From positions 1 to 32,874 of IMG/VR virus record IMGVR_UViG_3300030330_000270: a stretch of 32,874 nucleotides of DNA. One strand, written 5' to 3'. Numbering within the stretch: the first letter of the stretch is position 1; every line of letters starts with the position of its first letter. Of the stretch, positions 7,418-16,218 are shown in pieces. A program made the translations under genes and the position numbers. The notes below the pieces were generated by a model, which made no database searches, was not told the DNA's origin, and saw only the letters and a program-made list of their open reading frames with translations. The DNA is from a virus. Lineage: Duplodnaviria > Caudoviricetes.

Positions 7418-9159
7418 TGAAAAAACTTATATTACCTATAGTCATAATATTATTATTGCCATTAATATATCAATCTACACCTACAGAAATATTAAAATTA
7501 AGAGTATTTGATGCTTTTATACAAACTCCAGAACCTTCAGGTAATTTTGTAATTTTAAATATTACTGAAGAAGATATTGAGCGTGAAGGTGGTTATCCAA
7601 TACCAAGAAAAAAACTTGCAGATATTAACATAGAAATATTAGGTAAAGGTGCATTAGGTATTGGATATGCTATATCTTTTCCACAAGCTGACAGATTAGG
7701 AGGAGATAAAGACTTTGGCAGAACATTAGGATATGCACCATCTGTTATTGCTATGTTTGAAGATAATAAAGGTAATTATCCAAAACCTACAGGAACAGTT
7801 GTGAAAGGTAATGATATTGGTGGTATAGTATCAATGGGAGTTAAGGAAAACCTGAACACTATAACAACTGATACATTACAGGGTTTAGCCATTGCTCCCA
7901 CAGAAGTTGACCAACTTGTAAGAAGAATACCTTTATTAGTTCGCACACCAAATAATGATTGGATACCTAGTTTTGGTACACAAATATACAAAGCTTTATT
8001 TGGTGTAAAAACTTACATTATAAAGACTAATGATAATGGTATAGAGGAAATATCAATACGAGGAATACCACCAGTCAAAACAGATAGTCTTGGTCGTAAG
8101 TGGATTAGTTGGGTTAATACACCACAAACAACATTACAAGAAATGAATGTTAATGGTAAGTTTGTAATTATAGGTGTAACAGCTAATGGAGTAATGCCAC
8201 AAATAGCTACTCCTGTTGGTTTATTAGAGCCACATAAAATACAAGCAGCACTAGCAGAATCAATCTTAATACAAGATAGTCCTTATATTCCTGATTGGCA
8301 TTTAGCTGTAGAAATATTAATTTTAGTGATAACAGTAACTTTAGTTTGGTTATGTGTAAATATTTTTGGAACAACGCTAGGAATAACATTTACTAGTATA
8401 TTATTTTTTTTAACAATATTTTTTGGACACTATTTGATACAGCGTGGAATATTAATAGATGTAAGCTGGACATTAATTTCACAATTTATAACTGCTTCTA
8501 TAGCATTTTATTTAAGATTTAAAGAACAATATAAGTTAAGACAACAAATTAAAAAACAATTTGAACATTATCTTGACCCAAGACAAGTTAAAAAATTACA
8601 AGATAATCCTAATTCTTTAGTGTTAGGTGGAGAACGAAGATACTGTACTTTTTTATTTACAGATGTAAGAGGTTTTACATCTATGTCAGAAAAGTTAGAA
8701 CCTGAAAAAGTAACAGAAATAATGAATAAAGCACTAACTATACAAGCAGATACTGTTAAATTTTATGATGGTATGGTAGATAAATATATTGGTGATGCAA
8801 TGATGGCTATATTTAATGCACCAATAGATTTACCAAATCACGAAACTGCTGCAGTTTTATGTGCAAAAGAGATACAAGACAAAATAAAAAATGCTAATTT
8901 AGGAGTTGAAATAGGTATAGGAGTAAATACTGGATATGCTGTTATAGGTAATATGGGTAGCGAAACTAGATTTGATTATACTGCTATAGGAGATGCTGTA
9001 AATTTAGCTGCAAGATTAGAAAGCTCTACAAAAGAAGTTGGAGAAGATATAATCATAGGGCATTTAACAGAAAAAAATTGTGATATAGATTTAAAATTAT
9101 TAAAACCAATATCTGTAAAAGGCAAACAAAAAAAGATAACTATATATACATGGAAATAA
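7417..9159 (+). CDS. CHASE2-domain membrane adenylate cyclase (class III)
   Basis: N-terminal TM; CHASE2 motifs (FVILNITEEDI..EGGYPIPR, DQLVRRIPL, GKFVIIG, ATPVG); three TMs; catalytic motifs FTDVRGFT, DKYIGDAMM, IGVNTG and DYTAIGDAVNLAARLES. Confidence 0.92.
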   Translation: MKKLILPIVIILLLPLIYQSTPTEILKLRVFDAFIQTPEPSGNFVILNITEEDIEREGGYPIPRKKLADINIEILGKGALGIGYAISFPQADRLGGDKDFGRTLGYAPSVIAMFEDNKGNYPKPTGTVVKGNDIGGIVSMGVKENLNTITTDTLQGLAIAPTEVDQLVRRIPLLVRTPNNDWIPSFGTQIYKALFGVKTYIIKTNDNGIEEISIRGIPPVKTDSLGRKWISWVNTPQTTLQEMNVNGKFVIIGVTANGVMPQIATPVGLLEPHKIQAALAESILIQDSPYIPDWHLAVEILILVITVTLVWLCVNIFGTTLGITFTSILFFLTIFFGHYLIQRGILIDVSWTLISQFITASIAFYLRFKEQYKLRQQIKKQFEHYLDPRQVKKLQDNPNSLVLGGERRYCTFLFTDVRGFTSMSEKLEPEKVTEIMNKALTIQADTVKFYDGMVDKYIGDAMMAIFNAPIDLPNHETAAVLCAKEIQDKIKNANLGVEIGIGVNTGYAVIGNMGSETRFDYTAIGDAVNLAARLESSTKEVGEDIIIGHLTEKNCDIDLKLLKPISVKGKQKKITIYTWK

Positions 9160-9386
9160 AATTAAAACTAAAAATAATTTTAAATTGGTTTTTAAGTTTA
9201 TTTAGAACTAGATATAAAGTAACTGTATCTTTTAATAAAGAATATGGCGATTCTGATGATAGAAATTATGTTGCAAAGAAAATTTTAATTCAAAAAGAAA
9301 AACATTTAAAATTTAGAAATGAAGAAAACAAAATTGTAGAATATAGAAGTGCAGCAGGTTTAAATTACATTATAGAGGATATGTAA
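9150..9386 (+). CDS. Hypothetical protein
   Basis: Fills the gap between the cyclase and the spanin; coupled to the next gene by TAATG, with a GAGGA RBS in its 3' end. Confidence 0.65.
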   Translation: MEIKLKLKIILNWFLSLFRTRYKVTVSFNKEYGDSDDRNYVAKKILIQKEKHLKFRNEENKIVEYRSAAGLNYIIEDM

Positions 9387-9781
9387 TGCAACAAGTATTA
9401 ATAGGAATTATTTTAGTTTTAAGTTTTGGAAGTTATTGGCTATATCAAGAAAATATAACTTTAAAAGCTAATAATAAAACATTAGAAAATGCTATTGCTA
9501 CACAAGAAGAAGCTATTAAATCATTACAAAATGATTTTGAATTGCAAACAAAACAAATGAATGAATTATCTATTAAAAGTCAAGCAGCACAAAGAGAATT
9601 AAATAGATATACTCAATTTTTACAAAATTATGAGCTTTCTGCAAAAATACTGGCAGACCCAGTAGAAATGCAAAGGAAAATAAATAATGGAACTAAACAC
9701 ATCATGGAAGATATTGAGAAACTCAGCGACACAGTTGATAATCTTGATGATGGTTTGCAGTTGCAGTCTGATTCCAACTAA
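9386..9781 (+). CDS. Inner-membrane spanin (Rz-like) candidate
   Basis: N-terminal TM (VLIGIILVLSFGSYWLY) plus a long coiled coil; upstream of an overlapping lipoprotein and the endolysin. Confidence 0.7.
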   Translation: MQQVLIGIILVLSFGSYWLYQENITLKANNKTLENAIATQEEAIKSLQNDFELQTKQMNELSIKSQAAQRELNRYTQFLQNYELSAKILADPVEMQRKINNGTKHIMEDIEKLSDTVDNLDDGLQLQSDSN

Positions 9782-10070
9782 ACAGATTGAAGTAACAGCT
9801 AAACCAATAGATAGGAAAATAGTACAACCTATTATGCCTAGAGAAATAAATTTAAAAGAACCTATGTGGATTGTAGTTACACCTGATAACTATGAAGAAC
9901 AATTAGCATTTATAGAAGAACAAGAAGGAGAGTTAATTTTTCTAGCTATGACAATTCCTGATTATGAAGTCATGGCATATAATATGCAAGAAATAAAACG
10001 CTACATAACAGAATTAAAAGATGTTGTTGTGTATTATAGAAAAGTTACTACAAAACCAGAGGAAAATTAA
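9687..10070 (+). CDS. Outer-membrane spanin (Rz1-like) lipoprotein candidate
   Basis: Lipobox-like LIILMMVCS|C; Pro-rich segment, then a C-terminal helix; overlaps the i-spanin 3' end in another frame. Confidence 0.65.
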   Translation: MELNTSWKILRNSATQLIILMMVCSCSLIPTKQIEVTAKPIDRKIVQPIMPREINLKEPMWIVVTPDNYEEQLAFIEEQEGELIFLAMTIPDYEVMAYNMQEIKRYITELKDVVVYYRKVTTKPEEN

Positions 10071-10071
10071 T

Positions 10072-10515
10072 ATGAATATTTCACAAGAAGGTTTATCTTT
10101 AATTAAAAAATTTGAAGGTTGTGAGCTTGAAGCTTATAAATGTGCTGCAGGAGTATGGACTATAGGCTATGGTTCTACTAAAGGTGTAAAAGAAGGTGAT
10201 TCTATAAATCAAGAAGATGCAGACAAATTACTTATGGCTGAAATGAAAGAATATGAAGGATATATAAATAATATGGTAGAAGTAAATTTAGAACAAAATC
10301 AATTTGATTCTTTAGTTTCTTGGGTATTTAACCTTGGTCCATCTAATTTAAAAAATTCTACTCTTTTAAAAGTTTTAAATTCTAAAGATTATCAAGGAGT
10401 TCCAGCACAAATTAGAAGATGGAATAAAGCTAATGGTAAAGTTTTAGAAGGATTAGAGCGTAGAAGATTAGCAGAATCTTTACTATTTGAAGGTAAAGAA
10501 TGGCATGAGGTTTAA
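10072..10515 (+). CDS. Endolysin, GH24 (T4/P1 Lyz-like) lysozyme
   Basis: GAGG RBS before ATG 10072. Motifs LIKKFEG, E-x8-C-x5-T, WTIGYG, QNQFDSLVSWVFNLG, STLLK and GLERRRLAE. Confidence 0.93.
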   Translation: MNISQEGLSLIKKFEGCELEAYKCAAGVWTIGYGSTKGVKEGDSINQEDADKLLMAEMKEYEGYINNMVEVNLEQNQFDSLVSWVFNLGPSNLKNSTLLKVLNSKDYQGVPAQIRRWNKANGKVLEGLERRRLAESLLFEGKEWHEV

Positions 10516-10517
10516 AT

Positions 10518-12371
10518 ATGCCATTAAGAAAATATGTATTTAGACCAGGAATAAATAAAGAAGGTACTAACTATAGTAACGAAGGTGGCTGGTTTGATGC
10601 AGACAAAGTTAGATTTCGTAAAGGTAGACCTGAAAGAATAGGTGGTTGGCAAAAACAAAGTACAAATAGTTTTATAGGCACATCAAGAAAAATTTATTCT
10701 TATAGAGCTGCTAATGGTACAAATTATATAACTTTAGGAACACATCAAAAGTTTTATGTATTAGAAGGTCAAGAGTATGCTGATATAACTCCTATTAGAA
10801 GTACAACATCTGCAGGAGATATAACATTTGCAGCAACAGATGGAAGTACAACTATTACAGCTACAGATACTTCTCATGGTGCAGTAGAAGGAGATTTTGT
10901 TACATTTAGTAGTGCTGCTAGTCTAGGTGGTAATATTACTGCTGCAGTTTTAAATCAAGAGTATCAAATAGATAGTGTTCCAACTGCTAATACATTTACC
11001 TTTACAGCTACTGCAACTGCTAATTCAAGTGATACTGGTAATGGTGGTAGTTCTACAGTTGGTACATATCAGTTAAATTCTGGATTAGATTTTTATGTAG
11101 CATCAACAGGCTGGGGTGCTGGAACATGGGGTGCAGGAACTTGGGGTTCTACAACATCTTTATCTTTTGCTAATCAACTTAGATTATGGTCAATAGATAA
11201 TTTTGGAGATGATACAGTTTTAAATCCAAGAGGCGGAGGTATTTTTTATTGGGATGAATCTTCAGGCACAAGTACAAGAGCAGTAAATGCTACATCAAAA
11301 GCTGGAGCTAGTGATGTACCTACAATATGTTTACAAGTTATGGTTTCAGATTTAGATAAACATACAATAGCTTTTGGTTGTAATCCTATAGGTTCTAGTA
11401 CATTAGACCCTTTATTAGTTAGATTTTCAGATACAGAAAGCATTACAGATTGGACACCAACTGCAACAAACCAAGCTGGTGGTGTGCAATTATCTATGGG
11501 TTCTACAATTATAGGAGCTTTACAAACTAGACAAGAAATACTTATTTGGACAGATGCAGGTATTATTTCTATGAGATTTGTTGGAGCACCATTTGTTTTT
11601 TCATTTACTGAAGTTGCACATGGTCCATCTTTAATATCTCCTAATGCAGCAGTTAGTGCAAATAATAGTGTTTATTTTATGGATAATGGTGGATTTTATG
11701 TTTACTCAGGTTCTGCACAAAGACTACCTTGTACAGTTTTAGATTATGTTTTAAGTGATTTAAATCAAGGACAAGCATTTAAAATATTTGGTGCTGTAAA
11801 TGATAGTGCTAATGAAATTTTATGGTTTTATCCTTCTAAAAATAGCACAGAAATAGATAGATATGTTTTATATAATTATTTAGAACAAGTATGGTCTATA
11901 GGAACAACATCAGATAATTTTGTTAGAACAGCTTGGGATGAAGCATTAATATTAACTAATCCTATAGCTGCTAGTAAAAACAGTAGTACAGATAATAATA
12001 ACTTTCTTTTTGCACATGAAATAGGTCATGGAGACGATGGTAGTAATTTTACTGCGTTTATAGAATCAAGTGATTTTGATTTAGACCCTGATGGAGAAAA
12101 TTTTATATCAGTAAATAAAATAATACCTGATATACAATTTAGAGACCAACAATCTACATCTGATAATGTAGATATAATAATTAAAGGTAGAGATTATCCT
12201 TTAGAAAGTTTATCAACATTATCTACTGTATCAGTTACTCCAAATTCTACATTTACAAATACTAGAGCTAGAAGTAGACAATGTGCAATAAGAGTATCTA
12301 ATTCATCTAATGATTATGGTTGGCGATTAGGTGATGTAAGATTAGATATTAGACCAGATGGTAAAAGATAA
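10518..12371 (+). CDS. Tail/DNA-stabilisation protein (P22 gp10 / tail tubular B-like)
   Basis: PGINKEGT.Y..EGGW.D.DKVRFR.G.PE.IGGW N-terminus, beta-propeller-like body, GWGAGTWGAGTWG, and WRLGDVRLDIRPDGKR C-terminus, typical of podovirus tail proteins. Confidence 0.75.
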   Translation: MPLRKYVFRPGINKEGTNYSNEGGWFDADKVRFRKGRPERIGGWQKQSTNSFIGTSRKIYSYRAANGTNYITLGTHQKFYVLEGQEYADITPIRSTTSAGDITFAATDGSTTITATDTSHGAVEGDFVTFSSAASLGGNITAAVLNQEYQIDSVPTANTFTFTATATANSSDTGNGGSSTVGTYQLNSGLDFYVASTGWGAGTWGAGTWGSTTSLSFANQLRLWSIDNFGDDTVLNPRGGGIFYWDESSGTSTRAVNATSKAGASDVPTICLQVMVSDLDKHTIAFGCNPIGSSTLDPLLVRFSDTESITDWTPTATNQAGGVQLSMGSTIIGALQTRQEILIWTDAGIISMRFVGAPFVFSFTEVAHGPSLISPNAAVSANNSVYFMDNGGFYVYSGSAQRLPCTVLDYVLSDLNQGQAFKIFGAVNDSANEILWFYPSKNSTEIDRYVLYNYLEQVWSIGTTSDNFVRTAWDEALILTNPIAASKNSSTDNNNFLFAHEIGHGDDGSNFTAFIESSDFDLDPDGENFISVNKIIPDIQFRDQQSTSDNVDIIIKGRDYPLESLSTLSTVSVTPNSTFTNTRARSRQCAIRVSNSSNDYGWRLGDVRLDIRPDGKR

Positions 12372-12574
12372 TGGCAAATCCTAAATCAATAGTATTACCA
12401 ATACCTAGACAAGAATATGATGCTATAGAAGAAACAGTATCAAGAAGAATTACAGAACAAGCTATACAAGATTTAGCTATTGAAGTTAGTAAATTAAGTA
12501 AATTACAAGATGTTGTATCAAGTAAAGCTGTAAAAAGACATCAATTTTTATTAATGGGAATGAAACATGGCTGA
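12371..12574 (+). CDS. Small virion-associated protein
   Basis: TAATG coupled; LPIP..EYD motif, helical; lies after the tail protein. Confidence 0.6.
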   Translation: MANPKSIVLPIPRQEYDAIEETVSRRITEQAIQDLAIEVSKLSKLQDVVSSKAVKRHQFLLMGMKHG

Positions 12575-12908
12575 TAATTTAAAAGTTTTAGGTCAAGTTG
12601 ACCCTGCAGCAACTACAACGACTACACTTTATACTTGTCCTGATATGACACAAACAACAGTTAGTTCTATAGTTGCAGCAAATAGAACAGGTTCTGCAAT
12701 AACATTTAGATTAAGTATTCATGTAGCAGGTGCTGGAGCAGATGATAAGCAATTTCTTTTTTATGATAAATCAGTAGCAGCAAATGATTCTTTTGCTATA
12801 GTTTTAGGCATTACATTAAATCAGACAGATGTAGTAAAAGTTTATACAAGTGCAGTAGATATGAGTTTTAATATGTTTGGTTGTGAAACCAAAGAGGAAG
12901 ATAGATAA
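12567..12908 (+). CDS. Small beta-sandwich virion structural protein
   Basis: TTLYTCP...VSSIVAAN...ITLNQTDVVKV pattern, common in marine phage tail modules. Confidence 0.65.
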   Translation: MADNLKVLGQVDPAATTTTTLYTCPDMTQTTVSSIVAANRTGSAITFRLSIHVAGAGADDKQFLFYDKSVAANDSFAIVLGITLNQTDVVKVYTSAVDMSFNMFGCETKEEDR

Positions 12909-12910
12909 AT

Positions 12911-15751
12911 ATGGACATAAAACAACAAACCAAAAATGTAGCAGCACAAGGTCGTTTTGGCGACTCTATGTTACTTCATGTTAATCCTGCAGAAGTTAAA
13001 GGATTAGCATCTGCTATGCCTATAACAATGAATCCAGAAACAGGACAGCCAGAAGCTTTTTTACCTTTCTTAGCACCTATGTTAGGTAGTTTATTAGGTC
13101 CTACTGTATTAGGTGGTATATTAGGAACAGGAACAGCAGCAGGATTAAGTGCAGCAGCATTATCAGGTATAGGAGCAGGTTTAGCTACTTATGCACAAAC
13201 AGGTGGTTCTGGTAGTAAAGCATTATTATCAGGTCTTACAGCAGGAATGGGTGCTAAAGCTTTAAATCAAGCAGCACAGGGTATAACTCCTGGTGTAGAT
13301 GCAGCAACAAGTGCAGCAACAGATACTTTTGGTCAAGGAGCTACTGGTGGTTTTGGAACATTAACTGGTGGTGCTAGTCAAAGTTTAACACCTGCAATTA
13401 CAGATTCATCTACAATACTTGAATCAGGAAAAGCTTTATTTAATCAACCTGGTGGATTTGATGCAGGTATGAAAAGTTTAGCAGGAGCAGCAATGACTCC
13501 TTCTGGATTAGTAGCAGGAACTGCAGCAGGTACTGGAGCTGTAATACAATCACAAGAAGAGTTTGAAAGACAAATGGCTCAACTTGCATTAGATGAAGAA
13601 GAACGCAAAAAAAGAATGTATGAAATGTACCCTGAGCAAATACCTGTAGCTAGTGGTGGTAAAATAGGATTTCAAAGAGGTCGTAATACAAATATTTTTT
13701 ATGACCCAAGAGAAGATATGGATTTTGATTTTGATATGGGAAATAACTTAACTGGTCAATATCAACTACCTGCTCGTAGAACAGCAAGACCTATACCAAG
13801 AGGATTTATGCCAGGTTTTCAACCTGAGTTTTCTTATTTTGAATCAATAAATCCAACTGCAACTAGTTTAGGTTTTGGGCAACCTCAAGGTTTTAATCAA
13901 AACCAAGGTATGGGATTTAATTCTTTTGCACCACCAAGAATGGGTCGTGGATTTCCTGGTGGACCACCTTTATCACCTTTTCCTAGACCTATACAACCCC
14001 CTATGGGTAGAGGATTTTTTGGAAGAAGGAGACCACCTATGTTTGCAGGTTATGGTAATCCATTTATGCAATCACCTACTTATCAAGGATTTTATGGTGT
14101 ACCACAAATGCAACAAATGTTAAATCCATATGCTAGATTTGTACAACAACCTATGCCATTTGGTGGTTTTTATGGCAGACCAACACCACCACCATTTGTA
14201 GGCGGACCTGTAGAGCCACCATTTCAAGAACCTGACCCTACACCTCCACCTCCAGTAGCTGACCCAGTTCCTGACCCTAACCCTCCAGAAGCTGAACCTA
14301 TACCAACACCTCCAATATCTGAACCACCACCTACAATAATTGGACCAACGCCTCCAAGAAAAGGTGGACCTACTCCTGTAGAACCTATAATACCTCCAGA
14401 TGAATTTATAGTACCTCCACCTGAACCTCCTAGACCTATTGATAGACCTATGCCTATGCCTCCTAGTGAACCTCCTAGATTTAATCCTATAAGACCACCA
14501 TCTATAGGTGGACCAGGTGGTGGTAATTTTATACCTGAACCAGAACCAGTACTAACTCCACCTCCCTCAATAACAATACCTATTGAAGGTGGAGCAGATG
14601 TAACAATACCTGACTTTAGTAGACCTAGACCAGAACCTATGCCATTTGAGCCAAAATTAACAGATATGAGAGATAGTGCCCAAACTATGGCTAGACCTCC
14701 AATGCAAGATATGATACGTCCTATGTCAGAGCCAAAATTAACAGATATGATGGCTAGACCTCCAATACAACCAACATTTCAGCCTCCAAATATGCCAGTT
14801 GATGATAGAGCTAGTAGAAAAAGAAGTCCTATTGTAGGCGGTAATGTACTTGGTGGCGGTGGTATAGATTATAATGATGGAATAATTTCATCTCCATTAC
14901 CTCCTGTGCAATCAGTAACTACACCAATGCCTATAGGTCAACAACCACAACCACCTAGAACAGGGGGTATACCAGTAACAGGTGGTGGACCAATAGGTAG
15001 TGGAATATTACCTGAAGCTAATTTACCTTCAGGAACACCAACTCCAAGTGGACCAGTTGACCCAAGAATTGGTTCAGGAGTAAAAATACCAACAGGACCA
15101 ACTATGGGTAATATAACTGCTGCACCTACACCAAGACCACCTATTAATCTTGATGTACCAGGTCCATTTGGTGGTCCATTATTTGCAGAAGGTGAAAGCA
15201 CTAATAAAGAATTACCTAATGAAGGTTTAAAAGCTTTAGCTAAAACAGAAAAAGGTAGAGAAGCTATAAAAGCAATGGGTTATCAAGAAGGTCAAGATAT
15301 AAATATGCCTACTGGTCAATCAACAGATATGATGATGCAAGACCCTATAGTACAAGAAACTATACAGTTTATTCTTGGTGAAACAGATGATAGTAATATT
15401 GTAAATGAGTTTATTGTTAAATATGGACAAGAACAATTTATGATGTTAAGAAATATGATACTTGCACAAGCTGCAGGTAATCCAAATGTACAAACTGAAG
15501 GATTAATACAAGGCACAGGAAAAAGTGGTATGGCAGATGATTTACCTATGAATATAGGAGACAAAGCAGTAGCTGCTGTATCACAAGATGAATATATTAT
15601 TCCTGCAGATGTTGTATCTATGATGGGTGATGGTAGCTCTGATGCAGGTGCAAAAGTATTAGATGGTATGTTAGATAGAGTTAGAATGGCTAAAACTGGT
15701 GGTAAAACACAAGCAAAACCATTAAATACAAATAAGGTATTACCAGCATGA
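12911..15751 (+). CDS. Internal virion/ejection protein with long proline-rich disordered centre
   Basis: GRFGDSMLLHVNPAE...NPETGQPEAF N-terminus, Gly/Ala-rich hydrophobic segment, Pro-rich middle, and C-terminal G.G..ADD.P...SQDEYIIPADVVS..GDGSSDAGA. Confidence 0.65.
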   Translation: MDIKQQTKNVAAQGRFGDSMLLHVNPAEVKGLASAMPITMNPETGQPEAFLPFLAPMLGSLLGPTVLGGILGTGTAAGLSAAALSGIGAGLATYAQTGGSGSKALLSGLTAGMGAKALNQAAQGITPGVDAATSAATDTFGQGATGGFGTLTGGASQSLTPAITDSSTILESGKALFNQPGGFDAGMKSLAGAAMTPSGLVAGTAAGTGAVIQSQEEFERQMAQLALDEEERKKRMYEMYPEQIPVASGGKIGFQRGRNTNIFYDPREDMDFDFDMGNNLTGQYQLPARRTARPIPRGFMPGFQPEFSYFESINPTATSLGFGQPQGFNQNQGMGFNSFAPPRMGRGFPGGPPLSPFPRPIQPPMGRGFFGRRRPPMFAGYGNPFMQSPTYQGFYGVPQMQQMLNPYARFVQQPMPFGGFYGRPTPPPFVGGPVEPPFQEPDPTPPPPVADPVPDPNPPEAEPIPTPPISEPPPTIIGPTPPRKGGPTPVEPIIPPDEFIVPPPEPPRPIDRPMPMPPSEPPRFNPIRPPSIGGPGGGNFIPEPEPVLTPPPSITIPIEGGADVTIPDFSRPRPEPMPFEPKLTDMRDSAQTMARPPMQDMIRPMSEPKLTDMMARPPIQPTFQPPNMPVDDRASRKRSPIVGGNVLGGGGIDYNDGIISSPLPPVQSVTTPMPIGQQPQPPRTGGIPVTGGGPIGSGILPEANLPSGTPTPSGPVDPRIGSGVKIPTGPTMGNITAAPTPRPPINLDVPGPFGGPLFAEGESTNKELPNEGLKALAKTEKGREAIKAMGYQEGQDINMPTGQSTDMMMQDPIVQETIQFILGETDDSNIVNEFIVKYGQEQFMMLRNMILAQAAGNPNVQTEGLIQGTGKSGMADDLPMNIGDKAVAAVSQDEYIIPADVVSMMGDGSSDAGAKVLDGMLDRVRMAKTGGKTQAKPLNTNKVLPA
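14648..14750 (+). repeat. 22-bp direct repeat GAGCCAAAATTAACAGATATGA (14648-14669 and 14729-14750)
   Basis: Exact match by eye; encodes EPKLTDM twice, each followed downstream by ATGGCTAGACCTCCAAT. Confidence 0.85.
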
Positions 15752-16218
15752 ATCAAGTAGCAGAAAAAATAATAGAAGAAAATTTTGATATATCTTTAAT
15801 GCCTAATGAACAAATAACTTTAGTTTGGGATGATTGTGAAAAATTTTTACAAAAATCTTGTAATCGTTCTAATGGTAGAGTAACAACTAAAGATATATTT
15901 TATGATTGCATTAATAATATATGTTCTTTGTGGATTATTTTTGATACAGATACTTTAAATATAACTGGATGTGCTATTACAAAAATAAGTCAATATCCTA
16001 CAGGTAAAAGAATGTTAAATATTGACCATGTAGCTGGTAAAAAAATGAATAAATGGGCAGATAGAGGATTAGAAGTTATATACAAATGGGCAAAAGCAAA
16101 TGATTGTTCAGGTATAGAAGGTATTGGCAGAGAAGGTTTTTGGAACTGGATTAAAATGAAAGATAGCTGGAAAAAAACATCAATATTTTTTGAATATGAA
16201 TTTGAGGACGATAAATAA
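15748..16218 (+). CDS. GNAT-fold phage protein in virion module
   Basis: GCAITKI..YP..R.L.I.HVAG...WAKANDCSGIEGIGREGFW; ATGA overlap; position like podovirus acetyltransferase-like internal proteins. Confidence 0.6.
   Translation: MNQVAEKIIEENFDISLMPNEQITLVWDDCEKFLQKSCNRSNGRVTTKDIFYDCINNICSLWIIFDTDTLNITGCAITKISQYPTGKRMLNIDHVAGKKMNKWADRGLEVIYKWAKANDCSGIEGIGREGFWNWIKMKDSWKKTSIFFEYEFEDDK

Noticed and set aside
7417-9159. Cyclase as a Pycsar/CBASS-type defence enzyme
   Set aside because: It has a membrane CHASE2 architecture with adenine-specifying residues and no adjacent effector.
4433-9159. Cassette as host chromosomal DNA or a chimeric assembly
   Set aside because: It overlaps phage-type genes at both ends, has similar AT-rich codon style, and shows no visible att sites or mobile-element ends. 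Read mapping would be needed to exclude this formally.
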